From Pseudomonadota bacterium (GTDB lineage: Bacteria; Myxococcota_A; Polyangia; Polyangiales; Polyangiaceae): DNA of 64,000 nt. The position numbers were made by a program, and so were the translations under genes. The DNA is taken from assembly GCA_023428245.1 (NCBI GenBank), contig JAEYYX010000048.1, forward strand, positions 23,847-87,846, written 5' to 3'. Position 1 is the stretch's first letter. Each line of letters opens with the position of its first letter. Under the pieces are notes generated by a model. The model was given only the letters and a program-made list of their open reading frames with translations. It searched no databases and was not told the DNA's origin. Below, piece after piece: positions 1 to 8,109 of the stretch.

Positions 1-2
1 GC

Positions 3-758
3 GAGCCCTCCCTCGCTATCTTCGCGCGCGTGCTCGCGGGGGTCGGCGGCATCGATGCGCTCGTGGGAGGGGACCTCCGGCTATTTTCGCGCCTCACGGA
101 AGGTTTGCTCCGCTTCGTCGCCAAGGAGAGGCGGGGGGAAATCCATGATTATCTCTCCAAAGTCCTTACGGACCAAGGGGCCATCCTCCAGATCAGCCCC
201 GAGGCCATGGACATCTTCAATGCGAGCGTGAGAGACCGAGAGGGCATCCTCTATGGTTCGGTGCTGGCTCTCGCCCCTCGTCCGAGCAGCCTGAAAGCCG
301 CGAAGCGGATCCGCTCCCCCTCGACGGCGATCTCCGCCGCCCTCTACGCGACCCTCTATCAGTTCGCTTCCCAACCTCACGAACGCTACGCCTACGCTCG
401 GCTCGACGCTCGGAGCCGCACTCTCGTCGAAACTGCCACGGGCTCCACGCCCACCGACGAGGATACGGACGGCATCGTGCCCACGCTCTCGATGCAGTGG
501 GGCCGGACCATCGCCGCCGTCGAAGCGGACCATCTCGACACCCTCGGACACTTCCTCGACTTCGACAAACCCCGCATCCACACCGACTGGCTCACGAGCG
601 GCGCTCGAATGTCCCGGGAGCGCTTCTCTTCGCTATGCCGGGCAATCGCCGAGTTTCAGCTCGGGCCTTTTTCGGAAGCAGACGCCGCTCCGCCCGTCCC
701 AGACGACGCCTTAGGTTCCCCGACGATCGGAAGCGACAAGCGCATCTTCTCGCCGTGA
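3..758 (+). CDS. alpha/beta-hydrolase, lipase-like (C-terminal part; 5' end outside window)
   Basis: The frame of ORF 30..758 stays open back to the window edge. C-terminal segments TDGIVP and ADHLDTLGHF resemble the catalytic Asp and His segments of bacterial family I lipases (from memory, not searched). Confidence 0.6.
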   Translation, partial: EPSLAIFARVLAGVGGIDALVGGDLRLFSRLTEGLLRFVAKERRGEIHDYLSKVLTDQGAILQISPEAMDIFNASVRDREGILYGSVLALAPRPSSLKAAKRIRSPSTAISAALYATLYQFASQPHERYAYARLDARSRTLVETATGSTPTDEDTDGIVPTLSMQWGRTIAAVEADHLDTLGHFLDFDKPRIHTDWLTSGARMSRERFSSLCRAIAEFQLGPFSEADAAPPVPDDALGSPTIGSDKRIFSP

Positions 759-1195
759 CGGAGGTAGTCGACCTCGAGGTAGGGGGCGCTCTTGAGACTC
801 TGGAACGTTTGATAAGCGTCCCCCTCTCGCTCGACGGACTGGCCGTTCACCTGCGTCACCACGTCGCCCGGCTCGAGTCCCACGCCACGGAACCTCTCGA
901 CGTTGCCAATGCGGATGATCCGGAAACCGACGAACTTTCCTTCCTTGAGCTCCGCTTTGACCTCGAGATCTTGAAGAAATCGCCCAAGCCCGGCGTCGAC
1001 GACGGCGACCACATCGGCTCGCGAGAGCTCGGTCACAGGAGTCGCCACCGATTGAGCGGGGGGATCTCCGGGAGGCGCCGTGCTCTGGACCGGCGGCATC
1101 GCTCCCCCCTTGGATTTCGAACCACAGGCGCTTGAAGCGAGAAAAAGAAGAGCGAATCCCCAGGGAAGAAGCTGCGCGAAGGGACGGGGCGTCAT
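656..1195 (-). CDS. PDZ domain lipoprotein
   Basis: ORF 656..1240. I prefer the internal Met (MTPRPFAQLLPWGFALLFLASSAC, signal peptide plus lipobox Cys) because the upstream ATG lies inside the repeat element. GLEPGDVVTQVNGQSV is a PDZ-type segment. Confidence 0.7.
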   Translation of the reverse strand: MTPRPFAQLLPWGFALLFLASSACGSKSKGGAMPPVQSTAPPGDPPAQSVATPVTELSRADVVAVVDAGLGRFLQDLEVKAELKEGKFVGFRIIRIGNVERFRGVGLEPGDVVTQVNGQSVEREGDAYQTFQSLKSAPYLEVDYLRHGEKMRLSLPIVGEPKASSGTGGAASASEKGPS

Positions 1196-1230
1196 CCAGG
1201 CGAGCCTAACGCTGAAGGCCCGGGTCGGGC

Positions 1231-1375
1231 TACAGCGCATCTCAAAAATGAGATGCGCGCAAAAAGCACCAAGGAACCGTCGAGCACATCTCCGGAAAAT
1301 ACGGCGAAAGCTCTCGCCCGTTCGCCCAGAAGGGCGGGCGAGAGCGAAGCCGTAGCATTTTTGAGACGTGTTCTA
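1231..1375 (+). repeat. MITE-like structured repeat, copy 1 (145 nt, carries a 39-nt hairpin insertion)
   Basis: Aligns with 14778..14883 and 62392..62497. It has a 10-bp hairpin (GCGCATCTCA-AAAA-TGAGATGCGC, 1235..1258), a conserved core, and the invariant GAGACGTGTTCTA at 1363..1375. The ends are inverted repeats (16/20 match) and are flanked TA..TA. Confidence 0.85.
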
Positions 1376-2056
1376 CTTTGACGCTTCGAAATCGCTCCCC
1401 GGCCTCTTGGCGGTAGCTCCCGATCCGGAGCCGATGACGCGCTCGACGCGGGTCAGAAGCTCTGCGGTGACCTCTTCCACGCTGCCCTCGCCGCGCATGT
1501 GCACGATGGGGTGCTGGGGAAGAAGGCGCTCAGCATCCAAGTAAAGGGACGCCAGACGACCCTGAAGGTCATCCACTTCGTAGAGCTCCGGAGCGCCACC
1601 CCGTGCCGCACGCCGCACCTTCGCAACGCGCGGATCGATATCAACTACCACGGTCAGGTCCGGAACCAGCGCTCCCCGATTCACAGCACGCACAAACTCC
1701 GCCGCCTCGTCGGGGACCGTAGAGGTCGCCGATTGGTAGACAATGCTCGAAAGAAGATAGCGATCGGAGATCACCACCTCGCCCTCCGCAAGGCGTGGAG
1801 CGATCTCGGCGACGCAGTGGTCGGCGCGATCGGCTGCGAAGAGAAGCGCCATCGTCTTGTAGTCCGGGGCTTCTTCGACCCGTTTTCCTGAAGCGAGGAT
1901 CTCGCGCAAAAAACGCCCGACGAGCCCGGTGGAAGGCTCCCGGGTCGGGTGCACCCGATGTCCCTTTCGCTCGAGCGCCTCAGTGAGTCGGGTCAACTGG
2001 GTCGTGGTTCCGGACCCGTCGATCCCCTCGAGAACGATGAACGCACCGCGCTTCAC
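1373..2056 (-). CDS. tmk: thymidylate (dTMP) kinase
   Basis: N-terminal P-loop FIVLEGIDGSGTTTQ with dTMP-kinase length and layout. The GTG start overlaps the panC stop (GTGA). Confidence 0.92.
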   Translation of the reverse strand: MKRGAFIVLEGIDGSGTTTQLTRLTEALERKGHRVHPTREPSTGLVGRFLREILASGKRVEEAPDYKTMALLFAADRADHCVAEIAPRLAEGEVVISDRYLLSSIVYQSATSTVPDEAAEFVRAVNRGALVPDLTVVVDIDPRVAKVRRAARGGAPELYEVDDLQGRLASLYLDAERLLPQHPIVHMRGEGSVEEVTAELLTRVERVIGSGSGATAKRPGSDFEASK

Positions 2057-2931
2057 GACAGTCCCATCGGGCTCAGGTCCTCTCCGAGGACGATGTTGTC
2101 GATGAGGCGGGTGGATCCCGAATAGGCGGCGATCGCCAAGAGTACGCGTTCGGGGAGCTTTCCGTTCGGGAATGAGGATAGATCGTCAGCGTCGAGGAGC
2201 TCAGCGTATTGCACGTCAAGGCTCCCCTTCCGGAGCTCTTCGGAGACGAGGTCCAAGACCCTCGTTCTGTCGCGCTCACCGCCAGCGAACGCCTCGAAGG
2301 CGCGGGCGAGCGCACGAGGAATCGAGAGTGCTCGCTGTCTCTCGTCAGCGGAAAGGTAAATGTTCCGGGAGCTCCGCGCGAGACCATCCGCGTCACGCAC
2401 AGTCGGCAGGCCGATCACCTCAACCGGTAACAGGAGATCGCTCGCCAAGGTCCGGATCACCTGGAGCTGCTGGTAGTCTTTGCGGCCGAACAGAGCGACT
2501 GAAGGGCCCAAGATCGCGAAGAACTTCGTGACGACCGTCGCGACACCCGCGAAATGGCCGGGGCGGAATTGACCGCAGAGAGGCTCCGAGACCTTGGATA
2601 CGACCACCCGCGTCGCGTCTGCGCCGGGGTACATTTCCTTCGCCTCGGGAGCGAAGATACAGGTCGCGCCCGCCTTCGAAGCGAGTTCGACGTCCCTCTC
2701 CAGGGTGCGGGGGTACTTCGCAAGGTCTTCGTTCGGTCCGAACTGCGTAGGGTTCACGAAGACGGTGACAATCACTTCGTCGGCGATGCGTGCGGCGTGC
2801 TCGACAAGGCTCAGGTGCCCTTCGTGGAGCGCGCCCATTGTCAAGACAACCCCCACTCGGCGGCCGGCTCGGCGCGCCGCTTCCGCGCGGGCTCGGATCT
2901 CATCGACTCGGTGGAGGATGAGCGCGCTCAC
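2053..2931 (-). CDS. panC: pantoate--beta-alanine ligase
   Basis: TMGALHEGHLSLV (HxGH nucleotidyltransferase motif) and FVNPTQF. The GTG start overlaps the panB stop. Confidence 0.93.
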   Translation of the reverse strand: MSALILHRVDEIRARAEAARRAGRRVGVVLTMGALHEGHLSLVEHAARIADEVIVTVFVNPTQFGPNEDLAKYPRTLERDVELASKAGATCIFAPEAKEMYPGADATRVVVSKVSEPLCGQFRPGHFAGVATVVTKFFAILGPSVALFGRKDYQQLQVIRTLASDLLLPVEVIGLPTVRDADGLARSSRNIYLSADERQRALSIPRALARAFEAFAGGERDRTRVLDLVSEELRKGSLDVQYAELLDADDLSSFPNGKLPERVLLAIAAYSGSTRLIDNIVLGEDLSPMGLS

Positions 2932-3803
2932 GACCCCGTCTCCTCGGAGTCAGAGGCGCTCGAGCGCGGAGCCTTCTCCCCTTCTTTCATGCGGAACGAG
3001 TGCGCCGTGTCCGGGAACTCACCCGCCCTCACCTCTCGAACGTACTCGGAGACGGCGCGAACGACTTCATCGCCCAGCGAGGCAAACCGCTTCACGAATT
3101 TCGGAGCTCGCCCTCTCCCGAGGCCCAACAGGTCCGTCGAGACCAAAACCTGCCCACTTGTGGCCGCACCCGCCCCAATCCCAATCGTCGGGATCCGCAC
3201 CGCCTCGGTGATCGCCAGGCCGACTTCACTCGGCACCCCTTCAATCACGAGCGCATAGGCGCCCGCCTCTTCGATACTCTGAGCGTCCTCGATGAGCTGC
3301 TCCGCTTCGCGCGTCAGGCGCCCCTGCACCCGAAAGCCGCCCATGCTGTGCACCGACTGAGGAACGAGGCCCACGTGGCCCATGACGGGAATCCCCGCTT
3401 TGACGATCTTCTCCACAGCCCGCGCCACCGTGCGTCCGCCCTCGAGCTTCACGGACTCAGCGCCACCTTCTTTGACGAGCCTCCCCGCCGCGCGGAGCGC
3501 GTCGATCTCGTCCGTTTGATAAGAAAGGAACGGCAGATCACAAACGATGTGTGCGCTCGGACGCGCCCGAGCCACCGCGCTCGAGTGGTAGACCATCTGG
3601 TCCAAAGTCACCGGGAGGGTCGTCTCGTGACCTTGCACCACCATCCCGAGCGAATCACCTACCATCAGGACATCGACCCCGGCCTCGTCGAGGAGAGTCG
3701 CCATGGTCGCGTCATAGGCGGTCACGACCGTTATCTTCTGGCCCGCCGCGTACAGCTCACCGAGCGTCGTGACGGTCACCTTGGGGCGCTTGTTCAAGTC
3801 CAA
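2928..3803 (-). CDS. panB: 3-methyl-2-oxobutanoate hydroxymethyltransferase
   Basis: VVTAYDATMATLLDEAGVDVLMVGDSLGMVVQGH is the typical PanB core. The start codon is uncertain (TTG at 3803 or GTG 24 nt downstream). Confidence 0.92.
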   Translation of the reverse strand: MDLNKRPKVTVTTLGELYAAGQKITVVTAYDATMATLLDEAGVDVLMVGDSLGMVVQGHETTLPVTLDQMVYHSSAVARARPSAHIVCDLPFLSYQTDEIDALRAAGRLVKEGGAESVKLEGGRTVARAVEKIVKAGIPVMGHVGLVPQSVHSMGGFRVQGRLTREAEQLIEDAQSIEEAGAYALVIEGVPSEVGLAITEAVRIPTIGIGAGAATSGQVLVSTDLLGLGRGRAPKFVKRFASLGDEVVRAVSEYVREVRAGEFPDTAHSFRMKEGEKAPRSSASDSEETGS

Positions 3804-3934
3804 AAGTCCCTCTCGTCTTTTTTCGGGGGGCGCCGCAAAGTCGGCGCGCGGACACCAGAGGTGCCGCCGCGGACTCTACAACTTCAAGAGACCCGGACAA
3901 GGGAGAGGCAGGACAGGGGAACATGGGCACTCGC

Positions 3935-3967
3935 CCTGAGCGCCCATGTGCACCTCGAGCGCTCAGG
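3935..3967 (-). terminator. hairpin downstream of the H1-like gene (possible terminator)
   Basis: 9-bp inverted repeat CCTGAGCGC / GCGCTCAGG with a 15-nt loop, about 40 nt after the stop of the 4005..4295 gene. There is no clear U-tract. Confidence 0.3.
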
Positions 3968-4004
3968 CGAAGAAGGACCCGCCGCGCCGAGGTATCCCTG
4001 GTCC

Positions 4005-4295
4005 TTACTTCTTCTTCGGAGCCTTCTTGGCAGCTTTCTTAGCGACCTTCTTGGTCGTCTTCTTGGCAGCCTTGGCCACGGTCTTGGCCTTGCTTGCAGC
4101 CTTCTTGGTGGCCTTCTTAGTCGTCTTCTTCGCCGCCTTGGCGACGGTCTTCGCGGTCTCGCTCACGGCCTCGGCGACCTTCTGAACGACTTTCTTGGCG
4201 ACCTTCTTCGCCTTCTTCTTCGCCTTCTTCGCGGGAGCTGCCACTGCCTCGATTGCGGGAGCGGCGACTGCCTTCTTGGTCTTTCGTGCTGCCAT
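4005..4295 (-). CDS. Lys/Ala-rich histone H1-like nucleoid protein
   Basis: MAARKTKKAV... is followed by repeated AKKAAKK/TTKKxAKK units. A GGA-containing RBS (AAAAGGAAAACCAG) precedes this ATG. The longer ORF start at 4340 has no such support. Confidence 0.8.
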   Translation of the reverse strand: MAARKTKKAVAAPAIEAVAAPAKKAKKKAKKVAKKVVQKVAEAVSETAKTVAKAAKKTTKKATKKAASKAKTVAKAAKKTTKKVAKKAAKKAPKKK

Positions 4296-4501
4296 CTGGT
4301 TTTCCTTTTGTTCTGGATCGCTCCCCAAAAACGGGAGCACAAGACTACTCTAACATTTTTGCTCCTCACCTCGTCAAGAACTACGCGCGAGCGTCCGGGA
4401 GACAACCATCAGCGACCCGTGATACACCCCTTGGAAGCGAGCTCGACCATGCGGCACAACATCCCACACAGAGCCACCGCGAGGCTCCTTCGGAACGGAC
4501 G

Positions 4502-5227
4502 ATGACGACCGAGAGCGAGAACGAATCCGTACGGAGCGAGCGCGCCGCCACGGACGAGTCGGTCCAGAGCGAGCTCGCGGTCGAGGCTCGACGTCTGCTA
4601 ACTCGGTACGTCGTAGAGGTGGTGTTGCCTCTCGGACTCTGTCCTTGGGCCGCAGGTTCGCTCAGTTCCGGAAAGCTTCTGATCGAGCCAATTTGTGCTG
4701 GATTCTTCGAAGAGCTCTCGGCGTCACGGGCCGCCGCACTCACACAAGAAGTCCTCGTCGCGGCGACTCGGGATGAACGGATCGAGCTCGTCATGATCCC
4801 CTTCCCTGGTCTCCGCATGAATCGGGTCGAGTTCGATGAGGTGGCGCGCTCCGTTCGGAAGCTCGATCGCGAAGGACGATTCGCGCTCGCCGCCTTCCAT
4901 CCCGAAGGGGTCCCCTCGATCACTTCGGCCGACCAGGCGGTGACCTTCTTGAGGCGCTCCCCCGACCCTATGCTCCAGGCGGTGCGCAGCGATGTGATTT
5001 CGAGAATCAATCCCGGCCTAGGCGAAGGAACGAGCTTCGCGTCCGCGCTGGAGATCGCGAGCTTGCTCGCCCAGGAGCCCAAAGAGTCGCTCCGCTCGCG
5101 CATTCTCGGCGCCAATTGGGCGACTCTGAAGCGCCTCGGTGTGGAGGACGTCGGCGCGAAGATCATAAGCATCCATGAGGATAGGGACGCCACGTATCAG
5201 CGAATCGCAGGCAGGGGGGACGCTTGA
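4502..5227 (+). CDS. hypothetical protein, DUF1415-like
   Basis: ATG at 4502 (MTTESENE...). LGLCPWA and FHPEG...RRSPDPMLQAVR resemble the DUF1415 signature as I remember it (CPFA ... FHP ... RSPYP). The stop overlaps the next gene's TTG start. Confidence 0.65.
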   Translation: MTTESENESVRSERAATDESVQSELAVEARRLLTRYVVEVVLPLGLCPWAAGSLSSGKLLIEPICAGFFEELSASRAAALTQEVLVAATRDERIELVMIPFPGLRMNRVEFDEVARSVRKLDREGRFALAAFHPEGVPSITSADQAVTFLRRSPDPMLQAVRSDVISRINPGLGEGTSFASALEIASLLAQEPKESLRSRILGANWATLKRLGVEDVGAKIISIHEDRDATYQRIAGRGDA

Positions 5228-6867
5228 ACACCGACAATACGGCGAGCCAAACGCTGATCCTTAGGCTCGAAGACTACAGCGTCTCGGCGGGGGCAGGACA
5301 CCGCCTTTTCGAAACGCCCCCTGTCTCAGCGACCATTCACGCGGGCTCCGGACTTTTCTGGTTTGGGAGGATCGGGACCGGGAAGTCGCTCATCGCCCAG
5401 GGGCTCGCGAACCTCCTACCGCCTTTCGCGCGCACGAGCGGCACGATGAAACCTACGGCGCCGTCGGTCGCGCTCGTTCCCCAAGATCCTCGCCTGGTCG
5501 TCCTTCCTTCGGACACACTCGCGAGCCTCGGACGCGTGACCCGCGCCGGTACCCCGAGCTCACCTTCACTCCTCGAGACCCTCGCTGAGCTCCATGTCGA
5601 TGCGGAGCGACTCCGACATGTACCCTTCCGCGATTGTTCGACGAGCGAACGCACGCGCATCCTGCTCGCGCTCGCCCTCGAGAGCGATCCCGACCTCGTA
5701 GTGATCGACGGTTGGGCCGAAGGTGCCAGCCCTTTCGAGGCCGGAAAAGTCCTCGAGCTCATCGAGCGGCGCCGGCAGCTCGGTACCGCTTTTCTGATCT
5801 TCGGTCGCGAGGCTCCCGTCGATCTTCCGGTGGCTTTCGAGGTCCGAGAGCTGCCAGGACGCCCGACGTCTCACGCGGTCCCGCTCATCCGGCGCGCGCA
5901 ACGAGACGAAGCGCCCGAGCCGAAAAGGCCGAACCTGTTGGAGCTGCGCAACGTGCGTGTGGCGCGCGGACGCTCGGGGGGAAACGGGGCCGAACGAGGC
6001 TACGAAGCTGTGCGCGGCGTCAGCTTCTACTTGCGCGAGGGCGGGTCCCTTGCGCTCCTCGGTCCAGCCGGCAGCGGAAAGTCCGCCTTACTCGAGGCCA
6101 TCTTCGGCGTAAGCTCACACCGCAGTGGTCGCATCCTCTTTGGAGGCCATGACATCCCGCCCGCGCTGGCGAGCGCACCGCGCTTTCGAAAAGAGATGCA
6201 GCTCGCGCTCAAGGATGGAGCCGCGGCCCTCGACGGACAAAAAACGGTCCGCCAGCTCCTCAGCGATGCGTACAAGATCGCGGGACAAAAGCCCTACGAC
6301 CTCGGGACCTGGGTCTCGCGCCTCGGACTCCCGGACCGTATCCTCGATCTTCCCGCTGATCACCTGAGCGCGGGCGAGTCGGCCCGCATCGCCTTGGCCC
6401 GCAGTCTCATCCCTAGACCCAGGCTGCTCCTGCTCGACGCGCCGAGGACCCTCGGACTCACTACCGACGATGGCGCGCTCCTCTCGGTCCTGCTCGGAGA
6501 GCGACAGCGAGGCATGAGCCTCCTTGTCGCGACAAGTGACCCTTCGATCGCGGTCTCTCTTTGTGACCACGTGGCGATGATGTTCGCCGGAGTCGCCGTG
6601 GAGATAGGCCCGGCGGCGCGCGTCCTCGAAGCTCCGGCCCATCCGGCGACCCTCGACTATCTCGAAGGCTCCTCGCGGCCCATTCCACAGAACGCCTGGG
6701 TACCGGGGTGCGCGTATACGGCAGCCTGCCGCTCACGGGAGCTCGGTCGTTGTGACGCTGTGCGTCCGCGTCTCGAGGCTCTCTTGCTCCCCGAGACCGG
6801 AGAACGGAGGCGCATCGCCTGCCATTTCCCGCTACGAGGCACCGCCCCCGAATCACCGGCAACGTGA
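5224..6867 (+). CDS. ABC-type ATPase with two nucleotide-binding domains (first degenerate) and an Opp/Dpp-type C-terminal domain
   Basis: NBD2 has Walker A GPAGSGKS, signature LSAGESARIALARSL and Walker B LLLLDAP. NBD1 has GRIGTGKS but a degenerate signature (CSTSER) and Walker B (LVVIDGW). The C-terminal Cys-rich ...GCAYTAACRSRELGRC...IACHFP resembles oligopeptide-transporter ATPase tails. Confidence 0.8.
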   Translation: MNTDNTASQTLILRLEDYSVSAGAGHRLFETPPVSATIHAGSGLFWFGRIGTGKSLIAQGLANLLPPFARTSGTMKPTAPSVALVPQDPRLVVLPSDTLASLGRVTRAGTPSSPSLLETLAELHVDAERLRHVPFRDCSTSERTRILLALALESDPDLVVIDGWAEGASPFEAGKVLELIERRRQLGTAFLIFGREAPVDLPVAFEVRELPGRPTSHAVPLIRRAQRDEAPEPKRPNLLELRNVRVARGRSGGNGAERGYEAVRGVSFYLREGGSLALLGPAGSGKSALLEAIFGVSSHRSGRILFGGHDIPPALASAPRFRKEMQLALKDGAAALDGQKTVRQLLSDAYKIAGQKPYDLGTWVSRLGLPDRILDLPADHLSAGESARIALARSLIPRPRLLLLDAPRTLGLTTDDGALLSVLLGERQRGMSLLVATSDPSIAVSLCDHVAMMFAGVAVEIGPAARVLEAPAHPATLDYLEGSSRPIPQNAWVPGCAYTAACRSRELGRCDAVRPRLEALLLPETGERRRIACHFPLRGTAPESPAT

Positions 6868-6968
6868 TCCTGCGCGCGGCGTCCAGCGTGCTCGATGGCC
6901 CCCTCTGAGTGACCGGGGAGCACAGATGTGACTCGGGGGGCGCTCCTCAGCGGCCCCCTGCTCGGTCG

Positions 6969-8066
6969 TCAGATCACTCGGTGGACCCAGCCGTGTTCAT
7001 CAGGGCGACGGCCGTACTGAATATCGAGAAGTCGCTGGCGTAGCTCAGCCGCGATGGGCCCGGTCTCGCCGCCATGGATCAAAAACGATCCTGAATCGGA
7101 CTTTACCTCGCCGACCGGCGTAATGACCGCAGCCGTACCGCAAGCGAAGACCTCGGTGATCTCCCCGCGGTCCACGCCCCGGCGCCAATCGTCGACAGTG
7201 ATCGTTCCCTCTTCGGTGGCGTAGCCAAGGTCAGCCGCGAGCGTGAGCAGGCTGTCGCGAGTGATGCCCGGGAGCAGGCTTCCGGTCAGCCGGGGAGTCA
7301 GGAGACGTGCGCTCTTGCCGGAGCCGTAGACGAAGAACAGGTTCATGCCTCCCATTTCTTCGACGTCCGTGCGCTTGACCGCGTCGAGCCAGACCACTTG
7401 GTCACAGCCCGCGAGATTCGCTTGCCGCTGAGCGACGAGGCTCGCCGCGTAGTTCCCAGCGCACTTGGTGTCGCCCGTGCCACCGGGAGCTGCGCGCACG
7501 TAGTTCTTCGAGATCCAAACCGACACCGGCCGAACCCCTTTCGGGAAGTACGCACCCGATGGCGATGCGATGAGGAGAAAGAGGTACTCTTTGGCAGGAC
7601 GAACGCCGAGCGCGGCCTCGGTCGCGATCATGAGCGGACGCAGGTAGAGGCTTTCCCCGTCGCGACGAGGAACCCACTCTCGGTCCTGCTGGATCAACAG
7701 ATCAGCAGCTTGCACGAAGATTTCTTCCGGAAGGCTCGGCATCGCAAGCCTCTCGGCGGAACTCTGGAAGCGACGAGCATTGGCATCGGGCCTGAAGGTA
7801 GCGACGCCGCCTCGAGCTTGCGAAAATGCCTTGAAGCCTTCGAAGATGGCTTGGCCGTAGTGGAAGACGCTCGCAGCCGGATCGAGTGAAATCGATTGGT
7901 AGGGGTCGATGCGTGCGTCATGCCAGCCTACACCTTCCACATAACGGATCTGCACCATGTGTTCGGTGAAGAGGCGACCGAAGCCCAAGTTCTTCAGACG
8001 TTCCTCGCGCGTTTCGGGCGAGACGGGATTCGGATTCGACGTGATGGAAAAGGAGAGGGCAGACAT
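6969..8066 (-). CDS. ilvE: branched-chain amino acid aminotransferase (class IV)
   Basis: YGQAIFEGFKAF, LYLRPLMI and GTGDTKCAGNYA are typical of IlvE-type class IV aminotransferases. Confidence 0.92.
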   Translation of the reverse strand: MSALSFSITSNPNPVSPETREERLKNLGFGRLFTEHMVQIRYVEGVGWHDARIDPYQSISLDPAASVFHYGQAIFEGFKAFSQARGGVATFRPDANARRFQSSAERLAMPSLPEEIFVQAADLLIQQDREWVPRRDGESLYLRPLMIATEAALGVRPAKEYLFLLIASPSGAYFPKGVRPVSVWISKNYVRAAPGGTGDTKCAGNYAASLVAQRQANLAGCDQVVWLDAVKRTDVEEMGGMNLFFVYGSGKSARLLTPRLTGSLLPGITRDSLLTLAADLGYATEEGTITVDDWRRGVDRGEITEVFACGTAAVITPVGEVKSDSGSFLIHGGETGPIAAELRQRLLDIQYGRRPDEHGWVHRVI

Positions 8067-8109
8067 TTTCAGAGATGCGGGATGCCTCGAACTGTACTTC
8101 GGGGCATAG

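Noticed and set aside
1235-1258. The repeat's 5' hairpin as a rho-independent terminator
   Set aside because: The stem is not followed by a T-run on either strand (GCAAAAAGC on plus, TGTAGCCC on minus). The same hairpin occurs in both gene-sense and antisense contexts.
1248-1355. Possible tiny basic peptide encoded by the repeat: RRAHLRKIRRKL, RRADLRKTRRKL and ARADLRKIRRKL in copies 1-3, with mini-ORFs at 1248..1355, 14807..14872 and 62415..62498
   Set aside because: The start codons are not homologous (ATG at different positions, TTG in copy 3), there is no Shine-Dalgarno sequence, and the C-termini differ. Only 2 of 5 variable codons are synonymous, across three copies, so nucleotide-level repeat conservation explains the similarity. 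Ribosome profiling could reopen this.
3000-4505. 501-aa ORF on the plus strand spanning the panB and H1-like gene region
   Set aside because: It runs antisense to panB, which has strong family motifs, and its translation is Arg/Leu/Gly-rich low-complexity. This is the expected long open antisense frame of GC-rich DNA.
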